A stretch of 63,430 nt of DNA, filler included, from Dicyema japonicum (lineage: Eukaryota > Animalia > Dicyemida), in the NCBI GenBank assembly GCA_011109175.1. It is 4 parts of 4 records of this genome, joined end to end, with 100 filler letters (N's around TTAATTAATTAA, not from the genome) between each part and the next. Parts side by side here need not be neighbours in the genome. Positions count along the whole stretch, not along the records: positions 49,829 to 61,476 come from RDEW01000112.1; positions 61,577 to 63,430 come from RDEW01000150.1; 2 more parts are not named here. One strand, 5' to 3'. Positions 49,829 through 61,826 of the stretch are shown piece by piece (within the stretch, counting starts at the first letter, position 1; every line of letters starts with the position of its first letter). Made by a program: the position numbers and the translations under genes. The notes below the pieces were generated by a model. It ran no database searches. It was not told the DNA's origin and worked only from the letters and a program-made list of their open reading frames with translations.

Positions 49829-52800
49829 CGTGGCCACTCTATTGAGATGATCACCCCTATCAAGCCCGAACTTATTGTACGAAAAATCCCCTACTGGGTT
49901 AAAGACTACGATCTGAAAAAGCTCCTGGCGACTGTAATCTCGAAGGGTTTCGTACTGGAGAGATTTTACAAAAATGGGGAGCCTCTAACCCTCGGAAAAC
50001 TTATTATCTCCGACAAGGCTGAAGCACAGACTCTAATAACCTCGGGAATGAAAATTGGCTTCACAGAATTGAAATTTGAATGGTTCAAAAAACCGCAAGT
50101 GCGATGTTTTCGCTGTCAAAACTTTGGTCACATTGCATCTTTCTGCAAGGAGCCTTTGCGCTGTTTTCTATGAGGGGGCATGCATAAGTCGGAAAAATGT
50201 CCAACCGGAACGGAAGTTAAGCTTCCGTGTATCAATTGTGGCCTGTCGACGCACAGAGCCAACTTGGGAAGTTGCCCAGTCGCCAAACAGTCACGGGAAC
50301 GAAAAATCGGGATAATGCGACAACCCAAGACTGCCTTCGGAATCCCTGCGATATCATCGGATGGTTGGAGCAGGCTTGTAAATAGAAATATTAAAAATGA
50401 AAACTTTTTGAGAGATTCCAAGGACATCACTAATAATGAGTATCCTAAAAGGAATGCACCCAACGAAAATGTTTTGAATGGGAAATCTGCGGAGGGAAAT
50501 ATTCCGAAGGGAACTGTTAAGAAAGGGATTGTTATGAAGGTTCTCATATGGGAGTACAGACGGACGCCGAGTTCGTGGATACTGGAATGAACGGAGTCCA
50601 ATGACTGTCGATTTTGGTATTCAAAGGATCGATCTGTGTGTCACAGAGTGTGAGCACAGTGAAAGAGGCCGCAGTACGGAAAACGGCCAGAAGAAAGCCG
50701 ATGTCCAATGAAACTCCACACTTGGAACAAGCTCTCGAAATGGCTGGAAAGCCTATCATTGTTGCGTCCCCTTTAGCCAAGGTGGCGGCGCTCCCAAAGG
50801 AGGTCAGTCGCCGAAGGCGGAAGGTTTGATCGTACTAACGATCACGAATTCCCGCTCGCTTGCGAGACGGGCACCGGAGCTGAGGCTCCTCCTGGCCACA
50901 GCAAAGTCTCACATCTTGATTAATGAGACAAAGCTGAAGGAAGCAATGAAAGTGGAATTTGAAGGCTATAAGTCTATTAATATACCATGGAAAGTAAACG
51001 CAGTGGCGGGAACAGGAACCTCAGTCTATTATAGGGCGAACCTAAAGGTGAGGAACATCAGAGTTGTGGAGGAGTCACTCTGTGAACTTATTGTGCTCGA
51101 GTTGCACACGACTGCTGGCTGGCTAGCTGTCGGGGAATGTACTCAAAGTCTCTAAGGCACTATCCAAATGTTGTTGAGACGTTCTTTGAGGAAAATTGCC
51201 TGGCAATCATAGCAGGAGATCTTAATGCAAAGAATGTGAGTTATGGTTGTGAAGCTACGAACATGGATGGATCTGTCCTTGAAGACTTAGCCAGTAGCTT
51301 GGGCTTCTCGGTCTTTACTTCGGAAGAACTGAATCATTATGCAGACAGAGGCAGGGCTGATCGCTTGGGTCTCTTTCTATGCTCGGCGTCAATCAGTCCC
51401 TTATGCTACATACCGAGGTTGGAAGCGGACATTGGCTCTGACCATGTACCGCAAACGATGTGGATAAAGATGACTATGAATGTTACGGAGGACTTGTTCA
51501 TTGGTTAAAACCTCGCAAATATGAACTGGAGTTTATTTAAATCATCTATGCGGGAGTCTCTTCGAACCGTCATGCTCCAGGCTTGGGATGCAAAGATGAT
51601 ATCGACAATTTCGACGATCACCTTAGATCGTCAATCATAAAATTCCTGGACGCATATGCTGAGAAAAATGTATGGAGACCTAAAGGAACGTGAAAGAATC
51701 AACTGAATCCGAAACTTGTTACTCTGATCAGAACGAAAGGTACTCTGGAGAATCGCAGAAGAAGATGTCGGGTTGAGTCAATTAAATGCCGCCTAAAAAT
51801 TGAAATTGACAAGATCAAATCTATTATTTTAAAAATGGACAAGGCTGAGGTCGAAAGTAAATGGAGGTCGGAATGCAGAAAACTGGATAAGCGAAATCCT
51901 AACTTCTGGAAAGCATACCAACGCCTTAGCAGGAATGATGTCAAAGGAGCTGAAATTTCACTCAAAGGACCAGATGGAAAATACATCTGCTCTGACCATG
52001 TCCCGGATGCACTCAGGAACCAACTCAGTCAGGTTCAAGAGGTCGAATCTACCGTCCCACAATGACCTATGACAGGATTGTGAAGAAACTTGACTCTTCG
52101 CAGTTGTTGGAGGGACCATTATGTGGGGCGATAACACAGGGAGAGGTAGAAAAGGCAATTGCTGGGTTAAAGAACAAGGCACCTGGTTTCGACTACATCC
52201 CTCAGATATTGTTAAAGAAGGCCCCTGAACTATTGGTACGAGCACTGACTATGATGTTTGACGCTAGCTGGACGTTTGGACACCTTCCATCAGCATGGAA
52301 ACATACGATTGTTCGAATGATACCAAAACCGGGTAAATCGACACTGCTAGCAGTGAACTATCGGCCAATTAGCCTCATTTGTGCTTTCTCCAAAACAATG
52401 GAAAAGATTGTCTTCAACAGACTTTCTCGTTATGTGGAATCACAAAATTTGCTTTCACCCGTACAATGGGGTTTCCGCGAAGGAAGACGCACAGGAGACT
52501 GTTTGAAGGAGTTAGAGCACCAACTATCCCGGGCTTACAGAAACAAAGCCTGGTTAACTGTGGTGTGCCTCGACCTCGCCAAAGCTTTCGATAGCGTATG
52601 GCACCTGGGCCTACTTGCGAGAGTCCATGAAACCGGAGCCGGAATGAAGATTTATCGATGGCTGGAGAGCTATTTGTCTGGAAGAAAATCCTTTGTTCGC
52701 TGTGGGAACTGCCTATCAGGGTGCGTAGAACTTAGAAGGGGCGTCCCGCAGGGGTCGGTCTTGAGTCCACTTCTTTTCAATCTCGTTCTGGCGGACATTC

Positions 52801-53535
52801 CCCTGCCGTCCCTACGTACTGGCAAACTCATCATATATGCTGATGACATCTTGGTCACGGACACCTCAAAAAGAATTTCCCAGTCTTGGAGACGACTTAA
52901 GTCATACATTGCCATGCTAAAGAAGTGGACAATAGAGAAGGGCTTGACCCTAGCACCTGAGAAGAGCACCATTTCATGGATGCGGAGAGGGAGTCGTTGT
53001 GCGGCGTCGTGCGCTTATGCTATGAGTGGTTATATTATGGATCTCTCCAAGAGCTTGAATTTACACTACCTTGGAGTAATTGTCAACTGTCGTGGCTCGT
53101 ACGCCGACCATGTAACAAATCAGAGGAAGAGGAGTGTGAGGATCCTTAAAAGCTTGACCAGGTTTCATCTGGGTCCGGAAACGTACATCTACGTGTACAG
53201 AACGTGTGTACAGCCAGTCCTCACATATGGCTACGAGGGCTGGTTCGGTACGGAGGAGAGTGACTACCTTATCGAACAGTTGGAAAAGACAAGACGTTTC
53301 GCATTGAAACTGGCTTACGGAGTACAACTTGACGGTAGGTTAGAAGACTCGCAAGAATCCTCTGTGCCCACGATCCGGATGGTCCTGGAGAAAACTTGTG
53401 TCTCATCACTATAATTGGGGTAGCACTGAAAGAGACACTTCGGTGCCTTGTTTTTTATCTCCCCGTTAATGATTTTCCTTGTTCTTTGGGTTTTTTGGCT
53501 TTTTAAGAAATAAAAATTCAATTCAATTCAATTCA
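49829..53535 (+). mobile_element. Near-complete two-ORF LINE (Jockey/I-like): gag-like ORF1 and APE-RT ORF2
   Basis: ORF1 has zinc knuckles CFRCQNFGHIASFC and CINCGLSTH. APE motifs INETKL, AGDLNA and GSDHVP. A 450-aa open RT stretch has NYRPISL, LDLAKAFD, GVPQGSVLSPLLF and YADD. Ends in an (ATTCA)n tail. Several disablements. Confidence 0.92.
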
Positions 53536-53660
53536 TAAAAATGTAATTTTACTGTATTTTCAAGTAAATCATAATGATTAAATATAATTAATTCAATACT
53601 TTAATTAATAAAAAATTTAAACGTTACTATTATTATTATTAAAAACGTTAAACAATATCA

Positions 53661-54237
53661 ATGCTAACTTTTGTTACTGGAAATCCAAACAAACTCAAAG
53701 AACTAAAATCAATGCTAGGAAACCAACTTATCAACAAAGTAGACAAAATTTTATATTCATATTAAAGGTTATATCAGAAAATATTGATCTCCCAGAATAC
53801 CAGGGGACTCCTGAAGACATCGCCACTTTGAAAATTAAAAAAGCTTTTAAAATCCTAAAGAGACCCGTCTTGTGTGAAGACACTAGTCTAGCATTCCATG
53901 CTTTGGGCGGGATGCCGGGACCCTACGTTAAATGGTTTTCGGATAAAATTGGCCCTGTTGGATTATTTAAACTTTTGGAAGGATTTGAATCTAAAAAAGC
54001 AACAGCTTCCACAATATTTGCATTTTACGACGGGAACGATATCCGATTATTCCGAGGAGACGTTGAAGGAGAGATAGTCGAACCGAGAGGAAGTAGCTTT
54101 GGGTGGGATCCATGTTTTCAGCCATTATGTGGGATAAAACATATGGAGAGATGACTGTCTTAGAGAAACAGGCCGTTTCGCAAAGATCTGCTGCCTTCAA
54201 CAAATTAAAGCCATTTCTAAATGATTTTCTGTTATAA
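53661..54237 (+). CDS. ITPA: Inosine triphosphate pyrophosphatase (HAM1 family)
   Basis: MLTFVTGNPNKLKE, 29-nt intron at 53739-53767, IDLPEYQG, EDTSL, GGMPGPYVKWF and FGWDPCFQP. After a 1-nt indel near 54131 it reads DKTYGEM..EKQAVSQRSAAF. Confidence 0.92.
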
Positions 54238-54979
54238 ATGATTCATTAATTTAGTTCATTTGTTTTGCTATCTTAATTTTTGATGAAAACATCTTTTGAA
54301 AATAAATAAAATTAGTATTTAAAACGTGTAAAACACATTTTGTATGATAATGGAATATATATCGATCAGGCCAATAACTCATTAGTTTAATTAGTCTAGA
54401 CTCTAGACATTCTCCTTCGCTCATACCCTTAAAAACGGATTAGAGCCTTGAAATTTGTGTTTGAAGCTTCTGTTTAACAAACAATTTTTTTTCGCTAAGT
54501 ATTATTGAATTTAATTACACTAAGATAAAATGAAAAAACTTTTTGATTGTGATTAAAATAATACAAAAATAAATAAATAATTTGTTAATTATGAGTAATG
54601 AATAAATTAAAATCATTAATCCAAGGAATTAAGATTCCCCAGTGGCTGCACCGCGGATAGCAAACGAGTTACCTCGCAAGATTAATACAAATGTATATAG
54701 TTTTTGATCATTCCTTCAACTATTTCTCATCCGACATACCCCGTCACTACTTTTGAGACACCACTTGCAGGAACACGTTCTCGTCATCGAACATTATCAC
54801 GTGGGGCGTATTTGCTGGCCATGCACCAAACAAGGCGAAGCGTGCGAAAATCAATAAATCCCAAACTCTCTTGGATCATTACATATTTCATTCCCGTCGC
54901 ATTCAAAACTTCTGGAGTCGTAAGAAATCTTATCTATGACACCGGGAAAATGATTGCTTCCTTTAAAGATGATCTACGG

Positions 54980-55240
54980 CAGCGTTTCTCAACCTTTTTT
55001 AATGGGGACCCCAAAGTGCTTTAAAAAAATTTCAGGGACCCCCTAGTATCGATTTTATCTTAATCAAGAATTAAATCAAATCTTATTAATAAAAATTATA
55101 ATGTAATTAAACTGCCTAATGGGACTTTTGTTCTTGCATTTTAGAGATTAAAATATCAATGTTCGGCTTTGTCTCAGATAGGGCAATACGCAAATCATCT
55201 TCTACTTTAAGACGATTTCGATACTTTGACTTTAAATATG
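54980..55240 (-). mobile_element. hAT (Charlie-type) 3' end fragment
   Basis: TIR CAGCGTTTCTCAACC. Minus strand reads LKSKYRNRLKVEDDLRIALSETKP. Confidence 0.7.
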
Positions 55241-57061
55241 TGCTGTCAACGTCGTCTTGCCAATCTTCCTAGAGACGGAAACGAATTGATCAAAGCAACA
55301 GTAAGCGGTGAATCGTGTTGTCGCCCTGCCGACAAAGTGTGACTCGAAAGATATCTCAATGGCAAGATAAAACAGACGTAATGAGCTGTATCAGCTGTGC
55401 AATATTTTTGGTACTGTGTGTTAGGCTACAGAGACAATGAAGGAAATCTTCCTTTATATATACTCGAGAGATCTCCCTATATTTTCCTCGGTAGACTTGA
55501 ATTCTTCTTATTATAAAAGGATGAATAAAAAAATAGGAGTGCATCGATCGAAATATGAATTTAACATTTGAGATAGTGTATTCAATTTGTAATTACTCGA
55601 AAGGTTCGTATTCAGAAGAACTATGGAACTAATCCTTTCACTACATCTGCAAAGGTTTGAGCATCCTACGGAGATGCTGTCACTATTGTTGCAAAATTGT
55701 CCAACAATTTTCTAAGTGTTAAAGATAATAATAACGCACTTTCCGGATAGCCGAGGCACGTATAAGTGGCTAAACTACGCACATGCAAGCCACACAGTTT
55801 TTGCAAGAGCAAGAGAACAAGTTAGTAATGCTAATTAATCCGAATTGAGAAGTTGGGTCCGAACCGAAGAGTGTTGTCTTTTGTCTTTGGAGTTTTCTTT
55901 TATTGGAGTGCGGCTGTCGCAGACTAGGAAGCTCAAGACGTCCCATCCGGACTCCAAATAGTGTTTGGAATCCTCGTGCGATGAGACGTCCATGACGGCG
56001 TCACTCGGTAAAACCCGAATGGAGCTTCCGGCACAGGGATATTCTGAGATATTCTTTGTTTATTTTATAATCGGACGCGGGACCAAGAGATTAGACGACC
56101 AGTTCTCAATCATTCAGCCACCATTAAAGATAGTGAGGAATAGTGAGGAAGGTGCATTTTAAACTCCTTAAAAGATAATTAACAATAATTAGTTAATGCT
56201 TACTAAATACTTCCCTCAGCTGCGTGGGTAACGAAAACTTGTCAGTCTGCTGCTAGTGCTGTTCTCGTGAGATCTTCCTGACGGCATAATCGCTGGAGCA
56301 GTTTTCGTCACCGAGCAAAGAGGAAAACGACGTTATTTGGTACGTTACACACAGATTCGAGGTAAAGCGACGATTAACGCACGGAACTGGTAGACAATCC
56401 ATTTCTAAAAATCCTGAGAGGTCTTTTCAGTATCTGCAGAAGAGCGGATTAAATCCAGCCTTTCCGGGTTGTGCAATCTATCCATTTCGCAATGACAGAA
56501 ACGATATTTGTATATTCAGAGAAAGAATTTGAAAATTTAACCAATTTTGAAAATTTTTGTCTTTTATAGGTTCTCAGATAATTTTTTGATTCACATAGTT
56601 CCATTCTATTGAATGGAAATTCATTACAGATAACATTATGTTCCCAAGAACGTTTCCATTTAAATAATCATATTATGTTTTATATATTTTTCAAAATTGC
56701 TTTTCATTACAACATTAATGAATCTCTCAGATATTCTTTGTTTATTTTATAATTGAACGTCACCTTAGTAATTCGAACTTGACAAGTTCTTACAGACATG
56801 GTAAAAATTAAAAATTAATAAACATTAAGATCAATTTTTAAAACCTTTATTATCATTCTAAGAGCGATTAATTTAGATACGAGATTCCATGATTGCGAAA
56901 AGTTTTTTGAGCTTTATTTTTCAATAATTCCAAAAATTGTAAAAGAACGTCGGTTAGACTGATTTTTCTCTTTACAACATAATTTTAGATTTGTCTTAAA
57001 TTCCTAGAAATTGATTTAATGAGTGAAGGGAACATTAAATTTTAAAAATCAGAAACAAAAA

Positions 57062-57802
57062 TTATTTAAAATATTTTGACATGAATTTCTTGTGAAATTC
57101 CGAGCGTATGCTATCATTAATAAATTCGGGCTTTTGTTTATTAGTCTCTTTTGCACAATTTTTAAAAACCACGTCATCATCCCATCTAAAATAAAACAAT
57201 CTCAAATACTTTGCCTTGACTCTAAAATCACTCTTCCTTCCAAATCGCCCGAAAGTGAAATGAGGGGATTTCCTCGCATTATATTTTCATTCCTTATTTT
57301 CTGCTCCTCGAGCTCTTTCTCCATGTTCTGTAAACAGTAACCAAATTTAGTAAAACCATTTTCTTGGCCTCTTCCATTCGTTCTTTTTTGATTTTATTCA
57401 GTTCTGACATTAACTGTGCTGTTTCATCTCCATCAGAGGAATCGTCTGAATCAATCCCACCCTCGTCAATGGGGTCATCTTCGTCCAAATTCACATCTTC
57501 CAACTTTAGTCTCTTCTCACTGCCAGGAGTCTCTTCCAATTGCCCATCAATTTTGTGTTTGTGGAATAATTCCTTCTCTTCCAATACTTGTTTCATGTCA
57601 ATCGATTTCAAATCTTCTTGGCAAGATTGGCCTTTTTGACTAATAAATATTTGTTAGATATTTTACAATACCGAAATTTTAGCTTTAGTTGACTGGGTAA
57701 GTCTCTGGCGGAAAATTGTCTCGTCAGAGAACCAAGATCATTCTCCATCCGAGAACCGCTTCCTTTAGCGTGATCAAAAGTGGGGCGCCCAGCAGTTGTC
57801 AT
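57062..57802 (-). CDS. CWC15: Spliceosome-associated protein CWC15
   Basis: [51 protein letters not shown] and [20 protein letters not shown]. Three tiny introns. Confidence 0.93.
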
Positions 57803-57937
57803 TTATTCTATAAATTGAATGTAATTTATTGAATGATGCACAAGAGACTTAAATACCAACCAGATATCAAACGAAATAATAATTTATTATAAAATAAAAT
57901 ATTACAAAATTGAAAATAAAATTAAAAAAATTAATGA

Positions 57938-59284
57938 TTATCTAAAAAGTACGTCATCGATAACTTCACCAATAACATCGTTGCATTTAACAGCTTATAA
58001 TTTAAAACCATAAACTATACAGTTACTGTCCACAGTCTGACCAGGATAAATCACAGAATTACGTATCTGACAACCATCCCCAATATTGACATGATCAGAA
58101 ATAATGCAATTATCCAACATACATCTGCCAATATACATCAGACACACATAACTTTGAGCCTATTCTAACATTGCTTCCGACAATACAGCCAACCAGTCGA
58201 CTCACATCACCCACTACACAGTCAGGTCCCAAAAAAGTATTTTCGTAAACACAATTCCTAGTCCAATTTTGATGAACTTATTACTCAGAACTTGACGCAA
58301 AATTAGATCTATGAGCCTTTAGATAGTTGAAAATGGATGATATTCTGAATATATCAGCATTGGAAGGGAGAGCACGAATCCAACTGTACGTGCCAGGAAA
58401 TTCTTTTGGATCGAAATTTGCCATAAAATCGAGAATTGTGGTAACAATTCTGATTTTATACAAAACGAGTAACTAAATTTTAATTTAAAAGTAAACAATA
58501 CCTAAATTTTCTACGAATCAGGTCAAGACAAGGAACCGAAAAAATGTAAACCTGGGGATCAACATGAGACACTAAAGTGAGTATGGAATGAGTTCTAAAT
58601 CATAAAGATAAAGTCATTACCGACGAAGATATTGTTTTTTGAGGACCATTTCGTCTTCAAAAAATTTTGTTTGCTCACAGAACATAATCAAATGTTTTTG
58701 TTCGATAGAATCAACACAGCAAATTTCTAATTCTGGTTTGCGATATTTGTGGGGAGCAGGAAGTGATATTTTATTTATTTCAGGTCGAGGCACTCGAATC
58801 ATTGAGATTGGAGGATTGTATTTCAAATGGTCGACAATGACGGATTCAATATCCAAATCTTCCGAAAAATATCGCAAGAAGAAGAGAATTTGATTTTTAG
58901 GAAATTTTGAATTGATTTCGAGCAGAATATTTACTGCAGAAGTAATGTTGTCAGGAACAGTGAACATAGTAAAAGTGGTTTTCTGAAACTCGGAATGTAT
59001 ATTTTTGTAAATATCACAGCTCTCACTTTCATAGCAAGCAATAATAATATCTAAGAAATAAATGATAGTAATTGATTATATAAAAATACCATTAAAATTT
59101 GAATTTATTAATGTTTTAATTGGAAAGTTAATTATAGGTTGGTTGATGACTCTTAATAGACAATAAGGCTTTCCATTAGTCAAGAATTTTAGTTCATTGC
59201 CGATAGCAGCTGTAAGAATTACAGGCCTAATAGGATGATGAGGTACTTTAAATTACTAAATAACAACTAACATGGATAAAACAT
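57938..59284 (-). CDS. EIF2B3: Translation initiation factor eIF2B gamma-like (nucleotidyltransferase-like domain plus left-handed beta-helix)
   Basis: PVILTAAIGNELKFLTNGKPYCLLRVINQPIINFP, VDPQVYIF and hexapeptide repeats GCIVGSNVRIG / NCIISDHVNIGDGCQIRNSVI. Seven GT-AG introns of 26-39 nt. Confidence 0.7.
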
Positions 59285-59919
59285 GGTCCCACAATATATC
59301 TATTAAAATTTAATTTAAACAATGAAAATTAAATTATTAATTAAAGAATTGTCATTTCATACTGATTTTATTTTTGATATTCGAGATTTAGATAACGTTT
59401 ATCGATAATCCCATTTTCCTCTTCTAAGCTGTTTAATTATCGCGGTTGGGTTTCGTGAGCAGGACATTTCTCATATATTAATCAGAATTGGTCAGGCCTT
59501 CTAACTAAATCAAATGTTAAGCTAAAAAGAGTCAAGGATTGTTCATCTGAAATTGTTTTCACAACCTAATCAGAGTAAATTCTTTCCATAAACGCTTGCT
59601 TCCTCAATGTTGCCATTAATAACATTTTAATTCAGTTCTAATCTATAAAAAAAAATGAAATAGATTTTATTACTTCATCAACACCTACATCATAAGATCA
59701 AAAAGAGGAGTTTCCTAAGACAGAAAAGAAGAATAAGATATATGTTAAAATTTTTCGAATCATCCACCTGTTTAATAATAGAAGTAAAAGACAAAAAGAA
59801 TCAAGATTGTTAAATTGTATAATAATACATTCAATAATTTTATTACATTAGAAGAAAACTTATATGTACGAAATCATCAACATTTTTTAAACGAAAGGAC
59901 AACACAGACAAGAATTATT

Positions 59920-60075
59920 TTTTTGAACAGCCGGCGCATAGGATGGCCTGGCAGTTCTCTCGGACGATCGCCAGCGAGACTCTTTGGAAGAAATGGCGAG
60001 TCTCGTTGGGATCCTTATTCTTTTTGGCAATCTTCGTCCCAGTTGACGAAGGAAAGAAAGCGATTCTGTACGAAA
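59920..60075 (-). mobile_element. CRE-like 3' tail
   Basis: LGTKIAKKNKDPNETRHFFQRVSLAIVRENCQAIL. A similar tail lies on the plus strand at about 61150-61310. Confidence 0.6.
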
Positions 60076-60249
60076 TTGACTGCAATAAATGTTATACTTG
60101 CAGTAAATGTTAATTCGCTCGGAAAAAACTTTTGAACTAATTTAAATAAATAATAAAATATTATTAATATTAAGACAAAAATTAAGGATTATGTGTAAGG
60201 TTTTCCGGGGTTGTGTCGGAGTTAACATAAATCTTCTTTATGAATCGGC

Positions 60250-60900
60250 TTAGCTGAAGGATTGTCCCCACGGCCTGGGTTCGTTCTTGTGACAGCTATG
60301 CTCTCTAACGTTTCTTCAGTGCCAAAAATTAAATAAGCATATGTTCGTAGGCTTATATTTTAATGATTTAGCATACTTCAGAAATTGAGCTGCCACAAAT
60401 TCATCCCATGTGAGAACAATCGGCACAATCTTCACCTTTGTGTGATGCATCTCTAGTTTCTTTCGAGAGTAGATTATATTTTTCTTAATTTTTTAAACTC
60501 ACTTGTTGTGAATTATCCGCAGAAGTTACTTCATCGTGCACGAGAAACATATTACTATTTTTTTTTGTCGAACACGAATAGGTCAGGTTTGTTTTGTTCC
60601 ATTATCGTATCCGTTCTGATAAAAGTGTACATTTGTTCGTTCTTTAAGCCAAATTAGCGGCAGAAGTGGAATTGAAGACACCTCACAATTTCATTATGCT
60701 TCTTGAAATATTCTCAGTGAAAGATCTTTCCTTGAAGAAATTCATCAATTGTAGCTAGGCGAGTTTACTTTGAATTTTCGGCTTGAAGAGACGAGACACT
60801 TCTACAAAAGAGGCACTCTTTTTGTTAGATCATCGGATAGTCCAAAAAGAAATCTTTCACTTTTGAAAGATACAGAACTTAGACCTTATCCCATGCTATT
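60250..60900 (-). mobile_element. R4/Dong-like RLE non-LTR retrotransposon C-terminal relic
   Basis: KHNEIVRCL, NKPDLFVFDKK, KYNLL and VKIVPIVLTWD. Confidence 0.6.
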
Positions 60901-60995
60901 ACGGAGAAAGTAGTCTTTGTTTATTACCGAACTTCAGATAGATACATAGTTGAATTAGTTTTGAGCTGATTATACAGTTACGGAAAGTAAAGTAA

Positions 60996-61066
60996 GCCCA
61001 TATGGCGCAACGGTTAGCGCGTGTGGCTGTTAACCACAAGGTTCTGGTTCGAATCCGAGTATGGCG
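60996..61066 (+). tRNA. tRNA-Asn (GTT)
   Basis: A box TGGCGCAACGG, D stem GCGC/GCGC, anticodon arm TGTGG-CTGTTAA-CCACA, B box GGTTCGAATCC, then a T-run Pol III terminator. The acceptor and T stems each appear one base short. Confidence 0.85.
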
Positions 61067-61826
61067 TTTTTTTATTGAGAAATATTTAACTTGTAATTAC
61101 TATAACGATTCATAGTTTTTAATTTGGTTTAATGTGCCTTTTCAACTTTATTTACAAAATGAAAGGAGGCTCACTCGTTCCTCAACGAGGTCGAACTGTC
61201 CATCGCGGGAGAGGCTCAAGGATCCGAGAGAGGGCCTCTGGTTCGCAGCGCGTCGGTCTGGCCATCGTCACGGCAACGCACACTGCGTCCTTTCCGCTGG
61301 GCATCCAATTAATTCACGTTTTTATTCTTTTGGTTTACAAATTCAATTTTCCCAGTATTATACTGATCTTCAGGAGTTTTTTTCTCACCGATGATACCAC
61401 TCATCTCAGACTCAAGTGGAACGAATTCCACACAGTTTGAGAGATTGATGTACCACCCATGATACTACTCATCTTCNNNNNNNNNNNNNNNNNNNNNNNN
61501 NNNNNNNNNNNNNNNNNNNNTTAATTAATTAANNNNNNNNNNNNNNNNNNNNNNNNNNNNNNNNNNNNNNNNNNNNGCAGCATTTCAAATGGTAGTTTCC
61601 AAAGCCAAATTCATAACTTTCAATTTAAACACGCCGTCTTATTTTGTCCTTTTCGATGATATGATTTTAAAAATATGCTGGTTGATTTGGTAATTACTTA
61701 ATGTGGTTTGGTGAAGGCATAGCACTTTCTCCGCAAATGTAAAAACACTCATTGGTCTTTTGTCAACGCGTACGTCGGCTAATGCGTGTGTGTGACGCCA
61801 GTTGACTTAGCAAATGACTCACGTAG

